Below, piece by piece: positions 9,236 to 18,764 of a DNA stretch of 23,774 nucleotides. Numbering within the stretch: position 1 is the stretch's first letter; every line of letters begins with the position of its first letter. The DNA is from Opitutales bacterium (GTDB lineage: Bacteria; Verrucomicrobiota; Verrucomicrobiia; Opitutales; JABSRG01). The notes under the pieces are model-generated. The model was not told where the DNA came from. It searched no databases and was given only the letters and a program-made list of their open reading frames with translations. The translations under genes were made by a program, and so were the position numbers. The DNA is taken from NCBI GenBank assembly GCA_049599475.1, contig JBMYOQ010000064.1, forward strand, positions 1-23,774, read 5' to 3'.

Positions 9236-9766
9236 CCCTCCGTAAGCTTCAAATAGAAGCCAGCTCCGCGGGAAATTTCCATCGAAATAAGTAGGAGCGA
9301 CGAGATAAAGACGTTAGCCCCCATGAAGACTGCGTGAAAAACATGTTTCAAGACCGCTCAATCCTTGCACTCACTATGACAAACGACAAGAGCATCAGGA
9401 TAGGCCTGCATCGCCCAGCTTTCTTGAAATCCAACGAAGATCGCGACGACGCCAATATGAGAACTCAACAAGCTCGCACCCATACCGGACACTTGGCACA
9501 AAATCGGCGAGCATACGCTCTATCGACCAGAAAAAGGACCCCACGATGACAGGACCCAAAGCAGACTTTCCAAGAAACACGCCTCATCGCAGGCAGCCAT
9601 CACTCCGCGCACCCAACGATACAGGTAACATCGACTCTTTGATAACCGCCGAATTCGACAACGATAGACACGACTAACAAACCCTGGATCCAACTTTCGG
9701 CTGCACTGGAACCCTCAAGGACTCACCCAAGCCAGCCATAGACTTCGCCGAATTTAGCATTTTGAA

Positions 9767-10534
9767 ATGGCAAGAGATTTAAAAAAACCTTCCACAATCG
9801 TGATCCACAGCATGCCGGCCTATGGAGGTGCCGGCCTTGGAGCTATCCTTCCTGCTCTCGGCACGCGAGCCTGCCCTCTACCGAGTATTTGGCTCACCGC
9901 GACCGGAGACTTTCCAGAGTCTCAAAGATGGCCAGAGGAAAATTTGATAAGCAAACTCGAAGCCCAGGTATCATTTTTGGAGTCCCAATCGGTGGGCGTG
10001 GACCTCTTCATCGGGTATCTAGCAAATGTCGATCAGGCTCTCGCTCTAAACGATTGGCTAAGTAAACACCGCCAGCGCCTCGGAACTGTATGGATCGATC
10101 CCATTTCTGGCGATAATGGCAAGGCCTACGTTTCCAAAGAGCTAATTCAAGCCTGGAGCGTGATGCTGCATCATGCCGACATTTTAATCCCAAACACGAC
10201 TGAAATTGCCCTACTCGCTGAAGCACAAGGCCTGAGCAGAGAAGCGTGGATTGAGCAATACGTGGAGTCTGGCCATGTCATCGAGACCTCCGCCAGCGGC
10301 CAAGATGACTCACACGGTATTTGCCTGCACTCCGCCAAAGACTGCAAATTTATCGAAGTGGTCTGGGAGCCAGGTCGCTACCGAGGGACGGGCGATCTAT
10401 TTGCATCTCATCTCATCGCATCCGTAGGTTCAGGTTGGGCCGTTGAAGCTGCGATCAAGAGATCGGCTGAACTTGTCCGAAAAACCATTCGCAATACGCG
10501 GGAAGCCGGCACGTCGTCTCTGGTGCTACCCTGA
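9767..10534 (+). CDS. Pyridoxal/pyridoxamine kinase (PdxK/PdxY-like, ribokinase superfamily)
   Basis: IGYL, DPISGDNG, PNTTE and anion-hole GTGDLFAS motifs. Confidence 0.82.
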   Translation: MARDLKKPSTIVIHSMPAYGGAGLGAILPALGTRACPLPSIWLTATGDFPESQRWPEENLISKLEAQVSFLESQSVGVDLFIGYLANVDQALALNDWLSKHRQRLGTVWIDPISGDNGKAYVSKELIQAWSVMLHHADILIPNTTEIALLAEAQGLSREAWIEQYVESGHVIETSASGQDDSHGICLHSAKDCKFIEVVWEPGRYRGTGDLFASHLIASVGSGWAVEAAIKRSAELVRKTIRNTREAGTSSLVLP

Positions 10535-10753
10535 TCTCAAGTGTCGTTTTCAGGAATTTTTACATACGCTCCCAGTTCACATTCACAGAGGACTCGGCGT
10601 AGATTCTGCAATGAAAGTTTTAGTTTCCTAAGAACACTTGGAAAGTTGCCTTTCTGGGTGTTTCGGGATTTACTCTAATAATTGCACATTACTTCCTTAG
10701 GATTGCAGCTTTCTCTTCAAATTTCGCCCTACATTCCGAATATTATTTTTTAA

Positions 10754-11275
10754 ATGGGAAAAGATATCCAATGCCACGTCTGTGAAAGCAGTGCCACCGT
10801 GCACCTGACCCAGATCATTGGTTCCAAGATTCACAAGGTAAACCTCTGTGAGGAATGCGCTCAGCGCCTCGGAGTCATGGATCCTGGTGGACTGTCAGTC
10901 GCTGACCTTGTTGAAAAAGGTCTGGTATCTCTTCCCGGAGACGAGTTGCCTTCGGCTCCTGCAGACCAATCCTGCGGAAGCTGCGGTCACACCGTTGCTC
11001 AGCTCAATAAAACCGGGCGTTTAGGCTGCCCAGAATGCTACACGGCACTCGAATCCGAAATCCAGCCAATGCTCGAGCGCATGCATTCAGGCACCGAGCA
11101 TGTCGGCAAAGTCCCGTTGAAAGTGCTTTCGCGTACTCAAAAACGTCGCCAGCTCGAAAAACTGAGCAAAGAGCTCGCTCAGGCAGTGGAAGAAGAGCGC
11201 TACGAAGACGCCGCTCGCCTAAGGGACGAATTAAAGACTTTGAAAGAAGAGGAGGCTCCAGCCGATCAGGCATAG
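10754..11275 (+). CDS. mcsA: Protein-arginine kinase activator McsA (Zn-finger + UVR domain)
   Basis: Four CxxC motifs (CHVC, CEEC, CGSC, CPEC), GRLGC, HVGKVP and UVR motif EERYEDAARLRD; upstream of mcsB and clpC. Confidence 0.92.
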   Translation: MGKDIQCHVCESSATVHLTQIIGSKIHKVNLCEECAQRLGVMDPGGLSVADLVEKGLVSLPGDELPSAPADQSCGSCGHTVAQLNKTGRLGCPECYTALESEIQPMLERMHSGTEHVGKVPLKVLSRTQKRRQLEKLSKELAQAVEEERYEDAARLRDELKTLKEEEAPADQA

Positions 11276-11282
11276 GACACCC

Positions 11283-12380
11283 ATGAATATCCACGACATC
11301 CTGGATAAACCTTTCATTCCCAAAGACGCCGGGGTGACGCCCACTGACGTCGTCATCACATCACGTGTGCGCCTGGCCCGTAACCTCGGCAACTTTGCGT
11401 TCCCGGAGCGTGCCACTTCGACACAGAAGCGAGAAGTTTTGTCACGCTGCCAGGCTGCGATTTTAAAGCTGTCCGAGATGAAAGGCGGATCTTTTCACGA
11501 AATGGACGCCCTTTCCAAATTGGAAAAACAAGTCTTGGTGGAACGCCACTTGGTCAGCCGCGAACTCTGCGAAGTCGACCGCGCGGGCATAGCCTTGTCT
11601 CAAGATCTCTCGAGTTCGATCATGGTGAACGAGGAGGATCACCTGCGCATGCAAGTGCTCCTTCCCGGATTTTCCCTGGAGAAAACGTGGGAGATTATGA
11701 CCGAGATAGACACCCATCTCGAGGACTCGCTCGACTTTGCTTTCTCCGATGAGCTCGGATACCTCACAGCCTGTCCGACCAATCTAGGAACGGGATTGCG
11801 CGCGAGTATGATGCTCCACCTCCCGGGTCTAGTGATGGCTAATCAAATGGAAAAAGTGGTGCGAGCGGTCAACCAACTCGGCATCGCAGTGCGCGGTCTT
11901 TACGGCGAAAGCTCCGAAGCCAGTGGCAGTCTTTTCCAAATTTCCAACCAGCAAACCCTGGGCGAGGAAGAGGGCACCATCATCTCCCGATTGAACAACG
12001 TTTTAGCCACCATCATCGAACATGAAACAAACGCTCGGCTGAAACTTGTGGAGACCAGTCGTGAACGAATTTTTGACAAGATTGGCCGCGCATTCGGTAT
12101 TCTTCAGAACGGGCATCTTTTAAGCTCGAACGAATCCATGAATTCGTTGTCTCTAGTAAGACTGGGCCTTGATTTAGGCCTACTACCCCTTGAGCACCGT
12201 ACCCTTTTAGACCGTTTGTTTATCGAAAGTCAGCCAGGCCATGTGCAGATCGCCGCAGGCCATGAAATTTCCCCTGATGAACGCGACAGGCATCGAGCAA
12301 CCCAGATTCGCGTAGCATTTAGAAAACTACCACTACTGGATTTTGATAAAATCCAAGAACCTTCACCCACCGAGAGTTAA
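11283..12380 (+). CDS. mcsB: Protein-arginine kinase McsB
   Basis: SRVRLARN, LVERHLVS, NEEDHLR, CPTNLGTG, QISNQQTLG and C-terminal ERDRHRA. Confidence 0.93.
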   Translation: MNIHDILDKPFIPKDAGVTPTDVVITSRVRLARNLGNFAFPERATSTQKREVLSRCQAAILKLSEMKGGSFHEMDALSKLEKQVLVERHLVSRELCEVDRAGIALSQDLSSSIMVNEEDHLRMQVLLPGFSLEKTWEIMTEIDTHLEDSLDFAFSDELGYLTACPTNLGTGLRASMMLHLPGLVMANQMEKVVRAVNQLGIAVRGLYGESSEASGSLFQISNQQTLGEEEGTIISRLNNVLATIIEHETNARLKLVETSRERIFDKIGRAFGILQNGHLLSSNESMNSLSLVRLGLDLGLLPLEHRTLLDRLFIESQPGHVQIAAGHEISPDERDRHRATQIRVAFRKLPLLDFDKIQEPSPTES

Positions 12381-12386
12381 GAATTT

Positions 12387-14909
12387 ATGGAACCAATGAA
12401 CAACTTCACCCCACGCGCCCAACAAGTACTGGCGCTTGCTCGCAAGGAAGCAGACCGTTTTCACCACAACTATGTGGGGACGGAACACCTTCTCCTGGGC
12501 CTCATTAATTTGGGACAAGGGGTTGCAGTAAACGTACTGCAGAAGATGGGCTTGGATCTGGAGACCGTGCGCAGCGCTGTTGAAAAACAAGTTGGCACGG
12601 GTCCCGAGACTAAGCCAACCGGAAACATCCCGTATACCCCACGCGTCAAGAAAGTCCTCGCCCTTGCAGGCAAAGAGGCAAAAGCCCTAAACCACAGCTA
12701 TGTCGGCACAGAGCACATCCTGCTCGGCCTGCTGCGCGAAGGTGAGGGCGTGGCTGCACGCGTATTGAAATCACTCGACGTAGATATCGAGCGCTGCCGC
12801 AATGAGATTTTAGCTGAACTCGATCCGAATTTCACCGGAGGTGAGTCAGAAGACGCCGGTTCAGCATCCGGAGCATCGGGCCAAGGCGCCACTCCAGTCG
12901 GCGGAGGCAATACTGAGGAGAAAAAGGATGTCAAAACGCCAGCCCTCAAAGCATTTGGCCGTGATCTCACCGAACTCGCTCAAAAGGGCGATTTGGATCC
13001 AGTCATCGGACGGAAGAAGGAAATCCGTCGTGTCATTCAAATTCTCTGCCGTCGCACCAAGAACAACCCTGTTCTGATCGGTGAAGCAGGCGTAGGCAAG
13101 ACCGCCATCGTGGAGGGCCTTGCATTGGAAATTTCTAGCGGTGTTGTCCCAGAGATTCTCGCAGATAAGCGCGTGATCACTCTGGACCTTGCACTCATGG
13201 TCGCGGGAACGAAGTACCGCGGACAATTCGAAGAGCGCATCAAGGCCGTGATGGATGAGATTCGCCGCACCAAGAATGTGATTCTCTTCATCGACGAGCT
13301 ACACACCATCGTAGGTGCTGGAGCTGCCGAAGGCGCCATGGACGCTTCCAATATTTTCAAACCAGCATTGAGCCGCGGTGAATTACAGTGCATCGGTGCA
13401 ACCACCCTAGCCGAGTATCGCAAATACATCGAAAAGGATAGCGCACTGGATCGCCGTTTCCAATCAGTGAAGGTCGACGCTCCAAATATCGAGGACTCGA
13501 TCCAAATTCTGAAGGGCATCCGCCACAAATACGAAGAACACCACAAAGTTCTCTTCACCGACACCGCAATTGAGTCTGCAGTCAAAGTTTCAGACCGCTA
13601 CGTGAGTGGACGATTCTTGCCGGACAAGGCTATCGACGTCTTAGACGAGGCAGGCGCGCGCGCCCGCATCGATTCGCTGAAGCGCCCGCCGGAAATCGAA
13701 TCTCTCTCTGAAGAGGTCGATGAAATTTGCGCGAAGAAGGAAGACGCGATCAGCAAACAGCACTTCGAAGAGGCTGCGAAATTCCGGGATCGGGAAAAAC
13801 AGCTACGCGCTCGCCGCGAGGAGATCCTCGAAGATTGGAAGAAAAACCGCGAAGAGCAGCAAATCACAGTCGACGACGAAGATATGATGCGCGTGGTATC
13901 CGATTGGACCGGTATCCCGCTAAACCGGATGGAGCAGAAGGACAGCAAAAAGCTCCTTGAGCTCGAAAGCGATTTACAAGGCGTGGTCATTGGCCAGGAC
14001 GCCGCAACGGAGGTCATCGCCAAAGCGCTGCGCCGTTCACGCGCCGACCTCAAGGACCCACGCCGCCCAATCGGTTCATTCATGTTCCTCGGACCAACAG
14101 GTGTCGGTAAGACGCACTTGGCCAAGGTGCTCGCAGACCGCATGTTCGGCGATCAGGACGCCATTATCCAGATCGATATGTCCGAGTACATGGAGAAATT
14201 TGCCGTATCACGCTTGATCGGCTCGCCTCCAGGCTATGTTGGATACGAGGAAGGTGGTCAGCTTACTGAAGCCGTCCGCCGCAAACCTTACAGCTTGGTT
14301 CTTTTCGACGAAATCGAAAAAGCACACCCGGATGTCGTGCAACTCCTTCTCCAAGTTCTGGAGGACGGCCGTCTGACGGACAGTTTGGGCCGCAAGGTAG
14401 ATTTCCGCAACACGGTCCTGATCATGACTTCAAACGTGGGTGCTGAAATTCTCCAGAAGAACAATTCGCTCGGATTCAATATGGATCCCGGAGGCGATGA
14501 AGACTTCGAAAAGGTAAAAACGAAGATTATGGACGAGACCAAGAAGGTCTTTAAACCAGAATTCCTCAATCGCTTGACCGAACTCGTGATCTTCAAGGGT
14601 CTCGACAAGAAGCACATGAAGCAAATCGTCGAGCTGGAACTCACCAAGGTCGCCAAACGCCTCAAGGAGCAAGATTTCAGCTTCGAATTCACAGAAGAAG
14701 CCAAAGACTTCCTCATCGAGCATGGATATGATGAAAAGTATGGTGCTCGCCCACTTCGACGAGCGGTCGAGCGCTACCTGGAGGACAATCTAGCCGAGGC
14801 TATTCTGCGCGGAGAAGTCAAAGCAGGCGAACCCCTACTCGTGGTAGTAAACGAGGCAGGGGACAACCTCGACTTTAAGTCACTTGAGGATGCACCAAGC
14901 GTGAGCTGA
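12387..14909 (+). CDS. clpC: ATP-dependent Clp protease ATP-binding subunit ClpC
   Basis: Duplicated Clp-N repeats (FTPR...GTEH twice), two AAA+ modules ([16 protein letters not shown]), short UVR M-domain, GYVG pore loop and LGF ClpP-docking loop. Confidence 0.96.
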   Translation: MEPMNNFTPRAQQVLALARKEADRFHHNYVGTEHLLLGLINLGQGVAVNVLQKMGLDLETVRSAVEKQVGTGPETKPTGNIPYTPRVKKVLALAGKEAKALNHSYVGTEHILLGLLREGEGVAARVLKSLDVDIERCRNEILAELDPNFTGGESEDAGSASGASGQGATPVGGGNTEEKKDVKTPALKAFGRDLTELAQKGDLDPVIGRKKEIRRVIQILCRRTKNNPVLIGEAGVGKTAIVEGLALEISSGVVPEILADKRVITLDLALMVAGTKYRGQFEERIKAVMDEIRRTKNVILFIDELHTIVGAGAAEGAMDASNIFKPALSRGELQCIGATTLAEYRKYIEKDSALDRRFQSVKVDAPNIEDSIQILKGIRHKYEEHHKVLFTDTAIESAVKVSDRYVSGRFLPDKAIDVLDEAGARARIDSLKRPPEIESLSEEVDEICAKKEDAISKQHFEEAAKFRDREKQLRARREEILEDWKKNREEQQITVDDEDMMRVVSDWTGIPLNRMEQKDSKKLLELESDLQGVVIGQDAATEVIAKALRRSRADLKDPRRPIGSFMFLGPTGVGKTHLAKVLADRMFGDQDAIIQIDMSEYMEKFAVSRLIGSPPGYVGYEEGGQLTEAVRRKPYSLVLFDEIEKAHPDVVQLLLQVLEDGRLTDSLGRKVDFRNTVLIMTSNVGAEILQKNNSLGFNMDPGGDEDFEKVKTKIMDETKKVFKPEFLNRLTELVIFKGLDKKHMKQIVELELTKVAKRLKEQDFSFEFTEEAKDFLIEHGYDEKYGARPLRRAVERYLEDNLAEAILRGEVKAGEPLLVVVNEAGDNLDFKSLEDAPSVS

Positions 14910-14940
14910 TCCGAAAAACGATAAATTTACACTCTAAATT

Positions 14941-14980
14941 AATAGCCATGTAACCTTCGCGTTACATGGCTATTTTTGTT
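14941..14980 (+). terminator. Rho-independent terminator of mcsAB-clpC
   Basis: Perfect 14-bp stem AATAGCCATGTAAC / GTTACATGGCTATT, loop CTTCGC, followed by a T-rich tail. Confidence 0.9.
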
Positions 14981-15100
14981 CATTCAATAACGACATCTCA
15001 GGAAAATGATCGATTTTAAACAAAATCTAATTTCTCAATAAATGGGGCTTGTCTTTGCTTAAGAAGATTATCATCTCGCACTCTGAATCTTCTCTCAAAC

Positions 15101-15634
15101 ATGAAAACTAAAGTTATTTCCGCTCTCGTTGCTCTCGCAACTCTCCTCTCGACCGCTCGTGCGATCGATATTGTCGAATTCACAACAACATCTGACGCTA
15201 CCACGACTACTTTTGCATACGAAGTAGTTTTCGAAGGAGGTTTACCTATCGTTGATAACGTTATCGATCCAGGCGACAACATCCTCTTCTCAGGTATCAG
15301 CGGTGACTTCACTCTGACGACAGCACTCCCTGGGGGTTCCGATTGGACAACCAACATCATCGGTGGTGGAACTGGTGCACTTTTCACATACAACGGCGCT
15401 TCTTCACTGGGTGGATTCGCTGCTACAACTTCAACTGCGCTTGGAGCTGATTCCTTCCTTCTCGGAATCGTTTTTGAGACTGATACTCTGACCAGCCAAG
15501 AAATCAACTGGCAGATCGGGACAGCCGGAGACGTCATTGGAAGCGGAACACTCGCAGTTCCAGAGCCATCAACAGTAGCTTTGATCGCAGGTATTGGAAT
15601 GCTCGCATTTGTTGCATACCGTCGTCGCAAGTAG
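15101..15634 (+). CDS. PEP-CTERM sorting-domain surface protein
   Basis: Signal peptide MKTKVISALVALATLLSTARA, Thr/Gly/Ser-rich body, and C-terminal VPEPST + transmembrane helix + RRRK. Confidence 0.95.
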   Translation: MKTKVISALVALATLLSTARAIDIVEFTTTSDATTTTFAYEVVFEGGLPIVDNVIDPGDNILFSGISGDFTLTTALPGGSDWTTNIIGGGTGALFTYNGASSLGGFAATTSTALGADSFLLGIVFETDTLTSQEINWQIGTAGDVIGSGTLAVPEPSTVALIAGIGMLAFVAYRRRK

Positions 15635-15659
15635 CTCTTAAGCATCCAAAACTATTTTG

Positions 15660-15689
15660 AAACCTGGTTCATTCGAGCCAGGTTTTTTT
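15660..15689 (+). terminator. Rho-independent terminator after the PEP-CTERM gene
   Basis: 11-bp stem AAACCTGGTTC / GAGCCAGGTTT with one G-U pair, loop ATTC, ending in a 7-T run. Confidence 0.82.
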
Positions 15690-15705
15690 GTCACTTCAGT
15701 CCACC

Positions 15706-17469
15706 ATGAAAATCCGCTTAGTATCTAAGGCATCGTCAAAAGCGAAGAATAGATGGTCTTTCATCTACTGGAAAAAATTTGGATACACGAAGAATTACGG
15801 TGAAACCGCTCTGGAAATCGTCTGGCCGAAATTTCTTATCTATTCGTTTATCCTGGCAATTGTTGGTTATTTTGCCGCTGGTGGCGTGGCTCTGATCTGG
15901 GTGCATCGAAAGGCCCCTGGAAACGAAATAACCTACTTTGATGTGGTTAATCCAGCACGCTGGCCCGGGCTGGAGCCGAAAGTCGGTAAAGCTCACATCA
16001 GTATGGGGCTAGAAAGTATTTCAAACGGAGACTACTCGAGTGGACTTCTTTATCTAAGGAGAGGCTTGGTACGCTACCCACAAGACAATGACGCGCGATT
16101 CATCCTGGCAAAATTCTATGCTGAGAGTGGATATCGCGACGTAGCCATTACTCTTCTTAAGGATTCACTCCAATACGGGCTACCCGACTACGCGACCGAG
16201 ATCATACGCGGAGCTTTGGCAATTTCCGACTTTCAGCAGGTAGAATCATCAGCCAAGGAGTTACTCAGTTTTTCTGAATTCGCTCAAGACGCGGAAAAAC
16301 GTGTGTTCACCACACGGGCTTTGCTCATTTCACTCTTGGAACAGCGAAAATTTGAAGAAGTTCTCCAAATTAGTCGCAGTTTCAACGCCGAGGGCGACAC
16401 ACCGGTTCAATTTGTAGACGCCGAGATGATGGCCTTGCTTTCATTGAAACGAGAGCCGGAAGCAATGGAGCTCTATGATAGCCTTCCTGATCGTGCACGC
16501 GGTGATTTGAATCTCGGCGTATTGAGCATCCAGGCAGCGATGCTTACAGGAGATCGCGAAGACACTTTGCGAAGGATCAAACACCTCATTCCTTGGGATG
16601 ACGCAAGGTATTGGCCATTTCATGCCCAAACCCTACTCATATTGAGGGCAATCGGTGAAGAGGAAGAATTATCTAAGAGGCTATCGCAGTATATCGAACA
16701 AAACATAGATAGACCCGTGCAGCTCAGCTATCTTTCCAGAAATCTATATCACGCTGGGACAACCGACCTTTTGGAACTATCTAGAAACCAAATAGATGCA
16801 GAAAACCCGGTTTCAGTGACAATGGACTTCCACTTGGTCCAATCCTACCTGAGAGACGGTAGGGATGAAAATGCGAAGGATCTCTACGAATCCTGGAAGG
16901 ATAGATTGCCCGAAGGTTTTTCCGCCGATGAGTATATCGAATGGATGGACCTGCTCATCGAATTCTCTGATACTTCAGACGATGTTGTAGCGGATTCAAT
17001 ATATGATTGGGTCAGCCAAAAGGCACATCCGCATGATTTGTATCTGCTGACTGCCGACGTCTTAGCGAGTAGGCAAAGCTATAATAATGCGGAGCTCATT
17101 ATTCGCGAAGGCACGCGGCACTATACCTTCAACGAGGCTCTGAAACGAAAGCGCGCCAGAATTCTCAAGGCGCAAAAAGACCAAAAAGCAGAACAAGATA
17201 GTCAGCGTGTTTTAGTCGCAGAGGACCGTGTTGCGCGTGAGCGTGAAACGAATACCGAGGCCATTCAACAGATCCAGATGCAACGGATGCGAGAATCCTC
17301 CGGTGCTGCCGACGAAATTGCCCGGGCTCGCATGAACGCAGGTCCATCTGAAGTAGATGACGAACTCGCTCGGAAACGCCTTGAGAGCAATGCTGCTGGA
17401 CGCGAGCGGGTCGAGAAGCTAGCCAGAGAGCGCTTGGAAGCCCTTCGAAAAGAAGATCCGAAAGAATAA
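15706..17469 (+). CDS. Membrane-anchored TPR-like alpha-helical protein with a charged C-terminal tail
   Basis: Basic N-terminus, one transmembrane segment (FLIYSFILAIVGYFAAGGVALIWV) and a TPR-like segment (GLVRYPQDNDARFILAKFY). ATG 15706 is preferred because TTG 15688 lies inside the terminator. Confidence 0.75.
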   Translation: MKIRLVSKASSKAKNRWSFIYWKKFGYTKNYGETALEIVWPKFLIYSFILAIVGYFAAGGVALIWVHRKAPGNEITYFDVVNPARWPGLEPKVGKAHISMGLESISNGDYSSGLLYLRRGLVRYPQDNDARFILAKFYAESGYRDVAITLLKDSLQYGLPDYATEIIRGALAISDFQQVESSAKELLSFSEFAQDAEKRVFTTRALLISLLEQRKFEEVLQISRSFNAEGDTPVQFVDAEMMALLSLKREPEAMELYDSLPDRARGDLNLGVLSIQAAMLTGDREDTLRRIKHLIPWDDARYWPFHAQTLLILRAIGEEEELSKRLSQYIEQNIDRPVQLSYLSRNLYHAGTTDLLELSRNQIDAENPVSVTMDFHLVQSYLRDGRDENAKDLYESWKDRLPEGFSADEYIEWMDLLIEFSDTSDDVVADSIYDWVSQKAHPHDLYLLTADVLASRQSYNNAELIIREGTRHYTFNEALKRKRARILKAQKDQKAEQDSQRVLVAEDRVARERETNTEAIQQIQMQRMRESSGAADEIARARMNAGPSEVDDELARKRLESNAAGRERVEKLARERLEALRKEDPKE

Positions 17470-17486
17470 GGATCAAGCCACGAAGC

Positions 17487-17510
17487 GGTGGGTGGAATCA
17501 ACCACCCATC
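17487..17510. terminator. Hairpin between convergent genes, possible atypical terminator
   Basis: GGTGGGTGG-AATCAA-CCACCCATC forms a 9-bp stem with one G-U pair; no U tract on either side. Confidence 0.35.
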
Positions 17511-17603
17511 CATTCACACTCGACATGGCCACCACTGGTGGATCTCCCAATAGATTCGGAAATGCTTAGGTTTGGACGAGAGCGACCTCCTCGAATCCCT
17601 CTT

Positions 17604-18764
17604 CTAGTCTCCCTTAGTAGACTTCACCAAATCGTAGAATTTTTCGAAAAGCGGGTCAGCATCATTAGGTCCTGGCGCTGCCTCCGGGTGATACTGGACC
17701 GAGAACACTGGTAAGTCTTTGTGACGTATGCCTTCGACAGTGTCATCATTAAGGTTAATCTCTGTGACAATACCGCCAACGCGCTCGACTTCTTCCTTCG
17801 AGGAAGCGAAACCGTGATTCTGAGATGTAATGGCTACTTTTCCAGTCTCCAAATTCTTAACCGGCTGATTACCTCCGCGGTGTCCAAATTTCAGCTTAAA
17901 AGTATCTGCACCCAAGGCGTGAGTGAGAATTTGGTGCCCCATACAGATGCCGAAAGTCGGATATTTCTGAATGAGTTTGCTCACGATCTCGTGCGCATAA
18001 TTTACAGCAGAAGGATCGCCTGGACCATTACTTAAGAATACTCCGTCCGGCTTGAGCTCGTCTACCTTCTCAGCAGGTGTAGACGCTGGAAGCACAGTGA
18101 CATCGAATCCATGCAGCTTGAGCTTCTTGTAGATTGAAAGTTTGGCCCCGTAGTCAAATGCGACGACCTTGTAGCGCTTTTCCTTGGGCTGGATTAAATC
18201 GAGCTCGGTCCCAGGAACCATAAACTGGCTACTCTCCTCGCCTTCCGGATCCCACTCAAAAATGGATTTGCAAGTGACTGCAGACACATAGTCTTTGCCT
18301 TTCATGCCATCCCAAGACTTTGCCTTTTCGATGGCTTCATCTGCCGAAATTTCCTCAGTAGACAGACAACATTTCAAAGCGCCACTCACCCGAAGCTTCT
18401 TCGTGATCGCTCGCGTGTCGACACCATGGATGCCTGGAATACCATACTTTTCCAGGTAGTCGCTGAGCGTCCCCTCAGAGCGCCAATTGGATGTATTGGG
18501 CGACAATTCACGTACAACGAATCCTTTCACCTGTGGATTTGCCGATTCTGGGTCCTCCCAGTTCACACCATAATTCCCGATCTGGGGAGGTGTCATCGTG
18601 ACAATTTGACCGAAATATGAGGGATCAGTTAAAATTTCCTGATATCCCGTCATACTGGTATTGAAGCAAGCTTCACCCACTGTGGTGGCACTGGCTCCAA
18701 AAGCCTCTCCGCGAAATACGGTTCCGTCTTCAAATGCTAGGATGCTGTTCCTCGATGCGCGCAT
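17604..18764 (-). CDS. carA: Carbamoyl-phosphate synthase small subunit
   Basis: FNTSMTGYQEILTDPSY, LSNGPGDP, catalytic GICMGHQ, GHRGGNQP and QYHPEA. Confidence 0.97.
   Translation of the reverse strand: MRASRNSILAFEDGTVFRGEAFGASATTVGEACFNTSMTGYQEILTDPSYFGQIVTMTPPQIGNYGVNWEDPESANPQVKGFVVRELSPNTSNWRSEGTLSDYLEKYGIPGIHGVDTRAITKKLRVSGALKCCLSTEEISADEAIEKAKSWDGMKGKDYVSAVTCKSIFEWDPEGEESSQFMVPGTELDLIQPKEKRYKVVAFDYGAKLSIYKKLKLHGFDVTVLPASTPAEKVDELKPDGVFLSNGPGDPSAVNYAHEIVSKLIQKYPTFGICMGHQILTHALGADTFKLKFGHRGGNQPVKNLETGKVAITSQNHGFASSKEEVERVGGIVTEINLNDDTVEGIRHKDLPVFSVQYHPEAAPGPNDADPLFEKFYDLVKSTKGD

Noticed and set aside
9493..9508. TTGGCAC-N-GC sigma-54-like spacing
   Set aside because: The -12 box is CGGC rather than TTGC and it lies about 260 bp from the next gene; likely chance.
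9334..9580. 71-aa (+) and 61-aa (-) ORFs in the long intergenic gap
   Set aside because: GTG starts without a clear RBS and no motifs; not supportable as genes.
10535..10753. CtsR heptad repeats or a CIRCE element upstream of mcsA
   Set aside because: Neither consensus is present.
12363..14723. Several long antisense ORFs (up to 182 aa) within clpC
   Set aside because: Typical shadow frames produced by the codon bias of a conserved gene.
15016..15645. 209-aa minus-strand ORF
   Set aside because: Antisense shadow of the well-supported PEP-CTERM gene; no recognisable motif.
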